Below, one piece after another: positions 1-14,555 of a stretch of 64,000 nucleotides of DNA. The notes under the pieces are model-generated. The model was not told the DNA's origin. It saw nothing but the letters and a program-made list of their open reading frames with translations, and did not search any database. Origin of the DNA: the human T2T-CHM13v2.0 reference genome, Homo sapiens. Each line of letters begins with the position of its first letter. Positions within the stretch are counted from its first letter, which is position 1. The DNA lies in assembly GCF_009914755.1 (NCBI RefSeq), contig NC_060932.1; one strand, 5' to 3'. Both the position numbers and the translations under genes were made by a program.

Positions 1-910
1 TATTGGAACTTGGGATGAAAAAGGGTCAGTGGTAAAGGCTCCACCAACCCAACCAGTTCTGCCTCCTCAAACTATAATCCAGCAGCCTCAGCCATTAATT
101 CAACCACCACCATTGGTGCAAAGCCAACTGCCTCAACAGCAGCCTCAACCACCACAACCACAGCAGCAACAAGGACCTCAGCCACAGGCCCAGCCTCACC
201 AAGTGCAGCCTCAACAGCAGCAGCTGCAGAATCGCTGGGTAGCTCCTCGTAACAGGGGAGCAGGCTTCAACCAGAACAATGGAGCGGGCAGTGAAAACTT
301 TGGTTTAGGTGTTGTACCTGTCAGTGCTTCACCTTCTAGTGTAGAAGTGCATCCCGTGCTGGAAAAGCTAAAGGCCATAAACAACTATAATCCCAAAGAC
401 TTTGATTGGAATCTGAAGAATGGACGTGTGTTTATAATTAAAAGCTACTCTGAGGATGACATACATCGTTCCATTAAATACTCTATCTGGTGTAGTACTG
501 AGCATGGTAATAAGCGTTTGGATGCAGCTTACCGTTCCCTGAATGGGAAAGGCCCACTCTATTTACTCTTCAGTGTGAATGGCAGTGGACATTTTTGTGG
601 AGTGGCTGAAATGAAGTCTGTTGTGGACTATAATGCGTATGCTGGTGTCTGGTCTCAGGATAAGTGGAAGGGCAAATTTGAAGTTAAATGGATCTTTGTC
701 AAAGATGTTCCCAATAACCAATTACGGCATATTCGCTTAGAAAATAATGACAACAAACCGGTTACCAATTCAAGGGACACTCAAGAGGTACCCCTAGAAA
801 AAGCTAAGCAAGTGCTTAAAATAATTGCTACTTTCAAGCATACCACCTCAATCTTTGATGACTTTGCACATTATGAAAAGCGTCAAGAAGAGGAGGAAGC
901 CATGCGTAGG
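1..910 (+). CDS. YTHDF3: YTHDF3 penultimate large coding exon, 5'-truncated by the window: P/Q-rich low-complexity region plus full YTH domain
   Basis: Frame open from nt 2 ([15 protein letters not shown]...). YTH motifs [50 protein letters not shown] (aromatic-cage Trps) and [12 protein letters not shown]. Ends EEEAMRR at donor AGG|GTAAGA (910/911), phase 0. Confidence 0.98.
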
Positions 911-1297
911 GTAAGAATATAGTAATTTTTTGTTTGGGGTCTTTGTATTGCTGGTGGGGTGCATGGATGGGTATATTCTGAGTTTAAGAACTTTCTGTGA
1001 AGGAAACCAACTACTTAAGAAACAACTCTACAAACACCCTTGAAGGTATCTATGTGTGTCCTATATGAACCATTTCTTCTTTCCTTTCCCAGGGTAACTC
1101 ACGCTGAGTTAGCCTCTTGCTCATTCTTCATACTCCCTAGATGATAAAGGCCATTGGGCCTCAGTGTTTATCATCAAAGCTGAATGAATTTTGGCATTTG
1201 TAACTAAACAGACTTCATGAACTAACCAGGGGCTCTAATCATTAATATTATTAATCATACTAACATAGGAGAAAATATATTTAGAGTTTGAAACAAC

Positions 1298-1804
<507 letters not shown>

Positions 1805-1835
1805 TAAATGTTTTACTCTAATTTTGTGTTTATAA

Positions 1836-2175
<340 letters not shown>

Positions 2176-2820
2176 AAAATATGTTTTTAAAACATAAAAC
2201 TCTTGAAGTATTTTTATAATTTTTATACTTAAAGCACTTGTACAAAATAGAGGCTTTGCAGAATTTGATTCCTAATTCTGTTATATACCCTCTGTAAGAT
2301 TGAGGGAGACATTCCTGAAATAAAACATGCTGTTTATCCTTGTATTATATTGGCCAGAATATTTTTATTTTTATTTTTTAAAAATATCCTATTGAGTGGC
2401 CCATATGGGGATTAGCCCCCCAAATATTGGCTAGACTTTGATCACAGGGCCACAAGAGTCAGTTCAACTAGGGAAAGTTTTCTCTTCCAAACTGTAACGT
2501 AAAATTGGGGTCCTATTTTTAGGTGGAAAGAGAAAATGGATGGGCTTTTCTATAGGGGATACATTTAAATTTCTTTTGAAACTTAGTAGGGGTAAAGTTA
2601 GAAGCTCCTCCAGTAAATAATGCTTGTTACTATGGAAAGCATGTTCTTATGGAATGCTTGTTCCTATGTAGAAATTAAGATAAAGAGGTAACTTAACTCT
2701 ATGTAAAATCAGTGATTGTTTCTGTGTGTGAAGCTGAATATCTTGTCTTTGTGGTTGTGTGCAGCACAGGGAAGTGCTTCAACATTCCTCAGAGGGAAGG
2801 TGTTGGAATAATGACCCTAG

Positions 2821-2975
2821 AGCAGTAGTTTCCAAACCTTAAGTCACATAAGTGTTAATTGGGGTGTTTATTGAAATTGCAGATTCTCGAGACCCATCCC
2901 TTGGTATATTTGATAAAGGAACTTGCAGTGTACTTTTTAAGTATAAACATTCCAGGTGATTCTGGTGCTAGTTAT
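2821..2975. mobile_element. MER5-like hAT DNA transposon fragment
   Basis: cagtagtttccaaac...aaattgcagattctc...ccaggtgattctg resembles MER5. Confidence 0.5.
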
Positions 2976-3663
2976 TGATTGCTGTGTTGGATTGTTGGAA
3001 ACTTTGCTTTGGAGTAATTAATACAAATGACTTTAAGGCTCTGCTGAACCTTTTAGATGGGTTGCTGAATATAATTGTGTTTTCTCCCACTTAAATATGA
3101 GAAATGAGAGAAATGGGATCAAAAGTAGCTACTGAGTCTTTCAGTTTAGCAGTTAAGTAAAGTGGTCATATTGTAACTGCCATTACAAGTAGCGCATCAG
3201 GAGAAATGATTTGAGGTATGAAAGGTGGGATGCAAGTTAAGACTTCATTTTTAGATTGTGCTGATTTTAAGATACCTTTGAGAAATATAGGCAGCAAAAT
3301 CTCTGATTAGGCAGTTAGATGTCCGAGTCACAGATTTGGGGACCTTTTGTTCTTAAACAGTTAATAGCATGGAAGTGGGATGAGATTACTTAGGACAAAG
3401 GATACATGGCAAGGAAATACCAACTTTTCTTTCGCCCACCACTGAGGAGATAATCACCCTTCTGTGTCTTTTTTTTTTTCTACCAAACTTGAAAATTTAA
3501 TCCTGGTTTTGTTATAATGTATTTGGTATGTTAATATTATGTAGTTGTTTCAGGAAATTTTTAATGACAGGTATATATTGTAGCTGTATTATTATATATA
3601 TTGTAGCCATATACACAACAGTGATTTAAACTTTAATATTACCCTTATATTGTTTCATTGTTT

Positions 3664-4043
3664 TGTTAAATAAAGTTTATCCTAAAGCCGCCTCCTTACA
3701 TATTTTAAGTCCAGCCTAAAGGTTTTTCTGTACATGGCGAACTATAACAAGTGGAGGTATAAACAGACCGCAGCCTACTCTTGTGCCAGTGACCAAATTT
3801 TGGCTGAATCAAATGTAGCCAACTGTTCAAATAAGGCAAATACCAACCTGTAATCAATCCAGCTGTTTATCTCACTTCCGTTTTCTGTATATCACTTTTC
3901 CTTTTTCTGTCTATAAAACTTCCACCACAGGGCTGTGCTTGAATGTCAGAGCCTACTCTGGCTGGCTCTGTGATTCGTGAATCACATTCATTGCTCAGTT
4001 AATCTCCTTTAAATTTAATTCAGCTGAAGTTTTTCTTTTGTCA
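3664..4043 (+). mobile_element. MER57-family solo LTR (ERV1)
   Basis: TG...CA ends; tgttaaataaagtttatcctaaagccgcctccttacatattttaag matches the MER57 start; tataaa box near 3913. Confidence 0.85.
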
Positions 4044-4849
4044 CGTTGCTGCCACCCTTTTTAATGCCTAACCCACCTTTGACAGCTCTATTTTGAACCT
4101 TGTTTAACTTATTATTTATTAGCAAGCCTTTAGATCCATAAAATGTCTTTGGTCAGAATATGTAAGCAACCATTTAGCTGGGTATAGAATTCTTTCTAGT
4201 CAACAGCCTTTTCACTTAAAGTACTATGTATAAGCCTTGCTTTACAGTTATGTGGTTTTATATTATGGAAAATTCTGAGGCCAGCCTACATTTTTTGTTT
4301 GTAAATAGCTGTTTTTTTGGTGTGTGCACAAAAGATTTTTCTTTATTTTTACATTATGAATGTAAATGTGAAAACGTGTACAATATGAATATTGTTTTCT
4401 GTAATCCTTTGTCTGCAGGCCACTTTTTTCTATTAATGTCAACAAATATGTTGAATCTTTGCCCTTGAGTTCTGTTGGTTCTTTATTCTTTTTCTCTTCA
4501 TTTGGAGGATTTGAATTTTCCTGCTCACATATTTTTCAGTGTATTTTATTTGTGCTGTTTCTGTGATTTGTGAGGTTTTGCATTCTTCACTGATAGTATT
4601 TGTTTGCTTCTATTATCACATTCAGCTCCCCCTCTTAACTCTGTTTTCTTAATGGAATCCCTTGATCCTAGAATTCATCTTGATTTTATTGAGCACAAAA
4701 GACTGTGTTTAAAACTTATGTCTGCTTTCTGTACTTAATGTTTTTAGAAACTTTATATCTTTTTTCTTCTAAAAAAAATTAAATATAATAAAATTGTAAA
4801 TTTCCTTGACCAGCCAGTTTATAGTCAAGCCCTCTCTCTCCCTCTCATT

Positions 4850-5360
4850 ACTGAACCACTGATTGGTTGTTTGTCCCTATAAGACATTTTCCATATTGTC
4901 ATAATTGAAATTATGTACTATATGATCTTTTAAGATGTTTATCTTTCACTCAGCATGGTATCTTTGCAATTCATCTATGTCGTTGTGTAACTCAATTCTT
5001 TGTTCCTTTTTATTACTAGGTAGTTTTCTATTACATGGATGGATGACCATTGTGTCTATTCCATTCATCCTTTGAAGGATATTTGGGATGTTTTCCTTTT
5101 GGGGGTAATGTAAATAAGGCTCCTATAAGAATTTGTGTATACTTAAAATATGTATATTTTTAAATCATACAATAAAATTCACTTTTGGCGGGGGCGTACA
5201 GCTCTATGAATTTTAACATATGTAGATTTGTGTAACCACCCTATCAGTTAGGATACAGAACAGTTTCGTCATCCCCCAAACCCTCCCTTATATACTAGCC
5301 TTTTGTTTTTCCATGCTTCCCCCATGCCTAAGCCCTGACAGCCACTCATCTGGACTCATA
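4850..5360 (-). mobile_element. Old L1M 3'-end fragments
   Basis: tttcactcagcatg...ttcatctatgtcgttg and tacagctctatgaattttaaca...gtaaccacc are typical antisense L1M 3' sequence. Confidence 0.7.
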
Positions 5361-6257
5361 ATTTTGTAATATCCTTTGTGGTTGTGGTGGCTTCAGGACT
5401 GTCTTTGGGCTTTTTGTGTTTAGTCATTGAACCAGTAAGAGAATCATTGAGTTCAGTTATTTGTCTCAGAATGGGTACTTTTACCCTCCCCACCCCGTTT
5501 CTTTCATTGCTGGATGCTAGTTGCATATACCTTTCTCTTTGCAAATGTGGAGATGGGAGAGTCATGCTGTAAATTGATTTTACCAGTTAAGTGATTGACC
5601 AGCCTGTGGAGATTTAAAAGGGAAAGCCAGTATAATGGGTTGTGCTAGGTATTTGACTGTCCCTTAAGTTTGAAACCACTGTGTTAGAAACCAGTTTTCC
5701 TTGCTTGTTAGCTGGTTAGCATATAGGGTACCATGTGTTTTTGTCCAGTTTTCTTCCTGGTACTTTTAGCCTTGTGTAGGCAGAATTTGTATTTTCATTT
5801 GTTGATTTTCTCTTTGATATGCTTGTGCTTGCATTTGGACTTCCCAGTATAACTGCTTTCAAATACTTTGGTCATTTTAGTGCTGAAGGAAGGATGTGCT
5901 GCCTGTCTATTCTAGGTCCTTCACTTCATTGAAAAGAACAAATTAGTGGTATTTTACTAGGATTTTCTTTACTACTTATGCCTTTTTTTTTTTTTTTAAA
6001 TAAAAGTAGTTGTAAGTCATTATTAGTGTCTGGTTTTAATATGGCCTTATCTGTCATGTATTTAGCTGGAATTTCTCAAAGCTTCTGGTATGTGGATGTA
6101 CTATATCCCCAAGTGAATATCTTGGAAACCTTGGGTAAAGGTTGGGTTTCTTAAACTCAACCTTGGGGGAGGCAGCACTAATTGCAAAAGACTGCTACAT
6201 TTGATTAGATTAAAATCTGTCCATCAAAAGATGCTTTAAAGAAAGTTTAAGAGGCCT

Positions 6258-6562
6258 GGCTGGGCATGGTGGCTCACATGTGTAATCCCAACACTTTGGG
6301 AGGGAGGCCCAGGCGCATGGATTGCTTGAGGTCAGGTGTTTGATACCAGCCTGGCCAACATGGTGAAACTCTGTCTCTACTAAAAATACAAAAGTTAGCC
6401 AGGCATGGTGGTGCATGCCTGTAGTCCCAGCTACTCGGGAGGCTGAGACAGGAGAATTGGTTGAACCAGGGAGGTGGATTGCAGTAAGCCAGGATTGCAC
6501 CACTCCACTCCAGCCTGGGTGACAGAGCTAGACTCCGTCCAAAAAAAAAAAAAAAAAAAAAA
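6258..6562 (+). mobile_element. AluS
   Basis: Full dimer with A-tail. Confidence 0.95.
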
Positions 6563-6641
6563 GCAGCAGCAGCCATGTTTCTTAAAAGACTAAAAGAAAT
6601 TTGAACTTAACTGACTAAAGATTTTTATCAAGAGTATATAA

Positions 6642-6770
6642 GCTAGTGTGGTGGTGCATGCCTGTATTCACAGCTACCCAGGAGGCTGAGGCAGAAGGAT
6701 TGCTTCATCCCAGGAGTTTGAGACCAGCCTGAGTAGCACAATGAGAGCCCATCTCTAAAATAAATGAATA
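6642..6770 (+). mobile_element. FLAM
   Basis: Left monomer only, flanked by aagagtatata/aagaatatata. Confidence 0.8.
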
Positions 6771-6799
6771 TATTTTTAAAAGAATATATATAGAAATTC

Positions 6800-7310
6800 T
6801 GTGAATTAATTTAAGAAAAGATAACCAATAGAAAAATAGTCAAAGATGTGAATAGGCATTTAATGAGAGGAAAAACATGTAGCTAATAAGAATATAAAGG
6901 CTTACGAAAAATGAGGGAATACGAGTCAGGACTACAGTGAGAATATTTTATATCCATTCATTTGGCAAAATTAAGAAGTTTGACAGTATCAAGTATTGGA
7001 AAGATTGTAGATCAACAAGACCTCTTACACAGTTGTAAATGAGAATCTAAATTGATAAATCTACTTCAAGAAGCAGTTTTGTATTTTCCTGTAAAGTTGA
7101 ACATAATCTACCTTATAATTCAGCAGTTGTTTTCTGGGATACATACCTAATAGAAACTTTCATGTATAAGAATGTTAGGAGCAATCAATAGTTTTTTTTT
7201 TTTTTCCCCAAAAAAATGGCAGCAGTTCAAATGTCCATCATTAGGAAAATGGCCAAATATATTGGTGCCTGAGACAGTATAACAGAATAAACTGTAGTTA
7301 GATGCGAAAG
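6800..7310 (+). mobile_element. Old L1M ORF2 3' fragment
   Basis: ccaatagaaaaatagtcaaagatgtgaataggcatt...aaatgtccatca. Confidence 0.65.
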
Positions 7311-7367
7311 TATTGGTAACTATACTTTTGCTTCATCTTTTTGGTCGTAAATAAACTTTTTGGGAGA

Positions 7368-7685
<318 letters not shown>

Positions 7686-8829
7686 TTTTGGGGGGAATAA
7701 GAATATGTGAAACATTCATACCTTTTATCCAGATTCGCTTATTATTAACATGCTTCCCCATCTGCTTTATGGTTCTTTTGAACCACTTGAGATAACTTTC
7801 CCCCAGAAAACTATAGTGTTTTTTTCCTATAGGAAAGAATAAGGGTATTATCTTGCATAACCACAATATTCTGTCAGATGATCCATGGAATTGCTTATTG
7901 CTTTCTTCTAGTAGTGAATCCAGTCTAGGATCAGGTAAAGGATCTAACTTGGTTACAACAATTTTGAATAGTAAGTTTAGAAGGGTTATACTAACCTGCT
8001 TTCCCCAAGTTTGGGGAGATTTTAACTAAAATTTACATTGAGGTCTATAGTTACCGTATCTTTCTTTCATTTCCTTCCTATGTTCATGTTTTTCTTTAAA
8101 TTCTTGAGCCTGATTATGACAACAAACAAGGACTTTAAAAACCTAATTTCATCTCTTGTCATTGCTAGATATTTTTTATTGACTGATTATTTTGGCAACA
8201 GGAGTTCCTCGGCTTGCCTTGCCAGCCAACAAGGCTCTTCCTGTGGAGGAGCCAACCTGTCATATCCTGTCTGCTTATATAAAACTTGGAATGTCAGGCC
8301 CTCTATTTTAGAGTGAAGGGTATTGGTGAAGCTTCAAATTGTCGGAGAAATCCATGCTAGTTAGTATTTGTATTATATTTGAAAACATAATTTTGATATA
8401 TTTGAGTAAAATCAAGCTTGATGAATGAATAACCAATACCCCATTAAAAGAAGCTGTAATTCCGGGTGTGGAAGATAACTAAAAATACAAAACAAAATTG
8501 TGATTTGTGTTGTTAGGAAGGATTCCTGTGTAAAAAGAACAGAAAACCAGAAAGTGTTATTGGAAATTAGAGACATAATTATCAGAATTTAAAAATCTGA
8601 GTAACCAGATTAATAAAATGTCATGTTTTAGATCCAGTTGATGATCTGAAACTTCAGATTAGAGAAAAATTTCAAATGTGCAGCAATAGAGATGAAAATA
8701 CAGAATGGGAAAGATGTGATGGAAAGAGAGGTGCTCCAGTATTTCTCTGAAAGAGTGTTAAAAGAATACAGGAAACAATAATCAAAAGGAGGAATGATTA
8801 ACAAAAACAGATAAATATTTTCAGATGGA

Positions 8830-8895
8830 ATGGGAGGAATACATGAGCCCAGGAGTTGAAGACTACCCTGGGCAACATAGTGAGACCATGTATTT

Positions 8896-8935
<40 letters not shown>

Positions 8936-9445
8936 CCCTGGGCAACATAGACCCTGTATTTACGTGTGTGTGTGTGCGTGCATGTGTGTGTCAGGGTCTC
9001 ACTCCCATTGCCCAGGCTGGAGTGCAGTGGTGTGATCATAAGTTCACTGCAGCCTCGACTTTCCAGGCTCAGGTGATTCTTCCACCTCAGTCTCCCAAGT
9101 ACCTGTGACTACAGGCATGCGCCACCATGCCCATCTAATTTTTCTTTGTTTAGTAGAGACAGGATTTTGCCATGTCGCCCAGGTTGGTTTAGAACTTAGA
9201 GCTCTGCCCGCCTCAGCCTCTCAAAGTTCTGGGATTACAGGCATGAATCACCACACCTGGCCTTTAGAAAAAATTTAAAAATTAGCCAAGTGTGGTGGCA
9301 AGTGCCAGTATTCCAGCTACTTGGGAGGCTGAGTTTGGAGTACTGCTTGATCCTGGGAAGTTGAGGCTGCAGTTAGCCGTGATTGTGCCACTGAACTCCA
9401 GCTTGGGCGACAGAAGTCTGTCTCTTAAAAAAAAAAAAAAAAATT
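8830..9445 (+). mobile_element. AluJ split by an antisense AluJ and a (TG)n tandem duplication
   Basis: Left-arm end at 8832-8890, right arm at 9265-9445. Confidence 0.8.
8991..9263 (-). mobile_element. AluJ nested in the sense Alu; tail converted to (CA)n
   Basis: cagggtctcactc...ccacacctggcc, preceded by (TG)n. Confidence 0.88.
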
Positions 9446-9448
9446 AAA

Positions 9449-9755
9449 GGCTGGGCTTGGTGGCTCAATGCCTGTAATCACAGCACTTTCGGAGGCTGAG
9501 GCGGGAGGATCACTTGAGGTCAGGAGTTTGAGACCAGCGTGGCCAACATGGTGAAACGCTGTCTCTACTAAAAATACAAAAATTAGCGAGGCGTGCTGAC
9601 AGGCACTTGTAATCCCAGCTCCTCGGGAGGCTGAGGTAGGAGAATCACTTGAAACCAGGAGGCGGAAGTTGCAGTGAGCCAAGATTGCGCCACTGCACTC
9701 CATCCTGGGCGACAGAGCAAGACTCCGTCTTAAAAAAAAAAAAAAAGAATAAAAA
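9449..9755 (+). mobile_element. AluS
   Basis: Full dimer with A-tail. Confidence 0.93.
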
Positions 9756-11226
9756 AGGACAAAGACAAAATCTTTAAAAGCTTCCTGAGTAAAAGACAAA
9801 TTACCTACAAAGAAAGGAGAATCAGACTGTCATCAGAATTCTATAACCCTGGATACTCAAATTTAAAATCTTATTTTTGGGTTGAGAGGGGTGGAGAGGA
9901 GTGGTTTATGGAATTATACCTGTAAAGATGAGTGTTTAATTATATCAGTGAGGTGGGTTGGAGGGTCGGGGGAGTAAAAGAAGTGTAGACTTAAAAGAGC
10001 TTAGCCACGTACTGTTCATGAAACCATACTTAAAATGTTTCAGCAGAATGAAAAAGAATTCAAGAAAGAACAACAACCCGTAGCACCTGGTTATACTAGA
10101 ACAAATATCTCTCAGCAGGGACCCTATGTGCATTTTATGTCACACAGGTTGGCATTGTTTATAGAGGATCAGAACTTTTGGCCATCTCATCCTGCCTACT
10201 TAATTCGCATTATGGTCCTTCACGCCTGACAGTGTGGGCCCTTGGTTGGGAACCACTGACCTTGGAGAATTGAAGGAAGCTAAAAAAAAATAAAATTTCT
10301 AGATAGCCTTTGTCATATTGGAAGATAACCGCTGAAAGAGCAGGCTTTGCTCTCTGCTGAATCCCTAGCACCTAGAAAAATGCTTAGCACACAGTAGGTT
10401 TTAAGTAGACATTTGTTAAAAGTGGAAATGCTTTGAAGAATCTCTTCCCATTTGCAAAGTATGAATGTGTAGAATTTTTTCTTCTTTATAGGTGTAATCG
10501 CTGTTACTTGATCATTGAAGTTATATAAAATGCTGTCTATTGGTTTTTTTCATTTGTAGAAATGGACAGTAGGATATAAAAGATTTAATTATATTTAGAA
10601 CAAAATGTTATGAGATGGAATGGGAAGAGTTTAAGGAAGATTAAATCACTTATTGTCTAATCTTTTTGACAGTAACATAATTGTTTAAAGATATATCAGG
10701 AACGGTACCTTAAGCATATTGTTTCAAATCATAAGCACAGCCACTGGAATAATTAAAAATAGCGTGGCTTGTAGTACGGGAGAGGAGAAGAGAAGTGGGA
10801 TATACCATATTCAATGTGATATGGTAAATTACTCATGTACAATGGGAATCGATAGCATCTGAATTGATAAGCAATTTTTGTATTAGTATGCTATTTAAAT
10901 TTATAATGGCAACCCCTCAGAGGAACTGAATAATAGAAGGGAAAAGAAAAAGAACTAATAAAAATCCTGAGTATATTTGTCCAGTATAAATTCAAATAGT
11001 CTGCATAGCAGTAGAATCTACTTTTGACTATTGAGGTGATTCTTTCTTTTGAAATTTTTCCATTGTTGTAGTGAATGTGAGTCATTTAAATCCCCCTGTA
11101 TTCCTTCATTCTTGTAAATCTTCATTAGTCAGGAAACATAATCCAAGACTATTTTTGGTTCAGTTGCTTTTTTAATTCCACATAGGAATAATTAAGAGTT
11201 TTCAATTGCCTATAACATTGAGATAA

Positions 11227-11772
<546 letters not shown>

Positions 11773-12441
11773 TGATACATTTTTTTTCATATTTGGAATA
11801 ACTTTAAGATGAGATGATGTTAGGTCTATCTCAGAGTACTCAACTTTGTGTTAACATAGAAGAAATTACTTCAAAAATAGTTATACTTATGACAACAGCA
11901 AACATTTCCCTGGCAGTTTTTAGTAACGTGGATTGAAGTGTATTCTATTACCCTTTGGTAAATTTTTCTGTGGTTATAGTTCTCTGTTGATGAAAAAGTT
12001 TATTATAATTAACAGAAACAAATTTAATATATAAAATCTACTTTTGTAAAATTTGAAGAATGTTTTTCTAGAATGTAAAGTTGGGCCCAGTATGTAACAC
12101 ATTTGATACAATAAACTTTTATGTAACATATTTAATTAAATAATGTAACATATTTGATTAAATAATTCCTTGATAAAAACATTGGTATTTTGAATAGTCA
12201 AGATGATTGAGTTTTTACTGCAGTATTACTCTATTCTGAACTTGGTAAATATTTTTTATGAGTTAGAATTGGAAAGGGGGTGCTTCAATTAACATATTGA
12301 TTTGTTTTTATTTTTTCTCAGATTATTAATAGTGGTTATGTTCCAATGCTGATAACTTTATCAAGTTAATCATAGATCTTTGGGAGATACTTCTTCCATA
12401 CTATAATTGTGAGGTGATTAAATTGGACAGAATTTCATTTA

Positions 12442-12649
12442 TAGTCATTTCTTGGTATATACAGGGGATTATTCCAGGACCCCCGCAAATACCAAAATCT
12501 GCACATACTCAAGTTCTGCAGTCGCTTCTCCCTCCATATAGGCATGTTTTACATCCCTTGAATACTGCATTTTTTTATCTCTTTCGTTGAAATAATTCGT
12601 TGTAAGTGGACTCCTGCAGTTCACACCAGTGTTGTTGAAGGGTCAGCTG
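12442..12649 (+). mobile_element. MER8 (Tigger-derived MITE)
   Basis: ttccaggacccccgcaaataccaaaatctgcacatactcaag...gtgttgttgaagggtcagctg. Confidence 0.8.
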
Positions 12650-13100
12650 TGTTTAATTTATCTTTTTCTTCAGCAAATACATGATAACTTGAGTAGCAAT
12701 ATAATTAACCTTAGGTGGATATGAAATATCTTATGTTTCCAGAAATAAATTATTGAATTATTCCTGTTTAATAGTTTATTTTAAATGTGACATTCAGTTT
12801 CTTAATTTAAGGTATGTGTGTCCAAGGAAAGAATATTTTTTCATGAATGAAGAGCTGTAGTTACCGAAGATAAGAGTTATTCTTCCATAAGGGTCATTTG
12901 AGGTGCTTAACTGACTTTACCTGTTTCTTGGAATGGCTTAAACATTTTTTTTTTAATTTATAAAAATCTGCTGGGTATTTTACCCTACTCATACATGAAT
13001 ACTGTTGAAGTTAGGGAAAGATATCACAGCTCCATTCTCTGTACTTTGGCCTTTGTTGTATTAAATGAGTAGGGATAGTGTTTGGTCTGTTGTGAATTGC

Positions 13101-13761
13101 TGTCTCAGTTATTTACGACTGTCTAATAGATTTCTCCAAAACTCATTGGCTTAAAACATACAGTTTACAGTTTTTGCATGTCAGAAATCTGGGCACAGCT
13201 TGTCTGGGTCCTCAGCTTTAGGGCCTCTCACAAGGCTACAGTCAAGGCAGGGCTTGAGGTCTCATTGTGAATACTCTGCTGGTGAAAAATCTGCATCCAA
13301 ACTCACGGTTGTTGGCAGAATTCAGTTTCTCAAGCGTTGTTGGACTAAGAGCCTCAGTTCCTTTTGGCTGTATGCCAGAGGCTGCCTATACTGTGTTCCT
13401 TGCCACATGGGACTTTCCCACAGGAGGCTTGCTTCATCAAAGTGAGCAAGCTGAGAGGGCAATAGAGTAAGCTGAGGAGGCAGTAGCTACCAGGACAGAA
13501 GTCACAGTCTTTTGTAACTTAATTACAGAAGTGACACTCTGTCGCCTCGGCTGAATTTTTTTTTAAATTTTTAAATTTCTTTTTCTTTTTTTTCTTTTTT
13601 TTTTCCTTATTCTTTAATTTGAGATACTGGGGATTGAACATCTGCTGAATTCTGTTGATTAGAAGCAATTCACTCATTGGGTCCAGGCCATACTCAGGGG
13701 AGGGGATTTATAAGGGTGTGAATACCTGAATGCAGAGACCATTGTGGTACTCCCTGCCACA
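13101..13761 (-). mobile_element. MLT1 (E/F-like) MaLR LTR
   Basis: ggcttaaaaca...gttggcagaattcagtttct...gagcctcagttcc...tgccaca. Confidence 0.8.
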
Positions 13762-14416
13762 ACTCTTTTGAACCTTTTTATGGGTGGACCATATGGTTAT
13801 ATCAAATCATGGTACCTGATTTGAATTTATGGTGGTCTGGCAGTGTTTGTTATGATTATCAGGTTTTCAAATTTTTATTTGTAAACTGAAAAATTAGATT
13901 AAAGCCTTATTCAATTTAAAACATGTTATCTTTATTTCTAGCAAATACAATTTTGATTGGGAGTTTCAGGGTGTCAAGGTGAATTTTTAAGATGGGCCTT
14001 GAATGATAATATGTAGGATTTCATAATAAAGTCAAGACAGGCATTCAGAGCCTAGGGTATTGTGATATGTTGAAGTAATCGAAAATAGCCAAAACTTAGG
14101 GAGGGGAGGCAGTACAGAAAAAGAGATAAAGTTGGAAAGATGAATCACAAGTCGAAGGAATTGTTATTCAGCAGGCATTTTTGAACATGCTAGACACTTA
14201 AGGGATAGAGCTCATTAAGAAAATTTCTGTCTTCAAGGAGCTAAAGTCTGATAGTATTGAGGAATCATTTTTAAAGTTTTTAAGCAAGGAAGTTACATAC
14301 AAATTAGATATGTTGAAGTGTCACTTTAGAAATATCTAAGCCTTCAATCAAACAAGGATTGCAAAAAGTAAGAGAAATATCTAAGCCATTGCATGTGTTT
14401 ATATAGAGATTTACAG

Positions 14417-14555
14417 CTAGGTGTGGCTCATGCCTGTGATCCCAGGAATTTGGGAAGGTGAGGCGGGAGGATTGCTTGAGGCCAGGAGTTCGAGACCACG
14501 CTGGCCAACATAGACCCTGTCTCTATATTTAGAATAAAAAATAAATAAATAAAAA
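14417..14555 (+). mobile_element. FLAM_C-like monomer
   Basis: Left monomer with (AAAT)n tail. Confidence 0.8.

Noticed and set aside
60-230. P/Q-rich region as an expandable CAG repeat
   Set aside because: Mixed CAG/CAA/CCN codons, with at most 3 consecutive CAG; this is the known low-complexity region.
29-922. ORF-track 297-aa protein as a standalone gene or retrocopy
   Set aside because: The start is an internal GTG of an exon open from nt 2, and the true C-terminus lies beyond a canonical intron.
3572-3612. Repeated tatatattgtagc (and aagtactt(t)cta repeats at ~39393-39422)
   Set aside because: Short slippage duplications; no spacer structure, so not CRISPR-like arrays.
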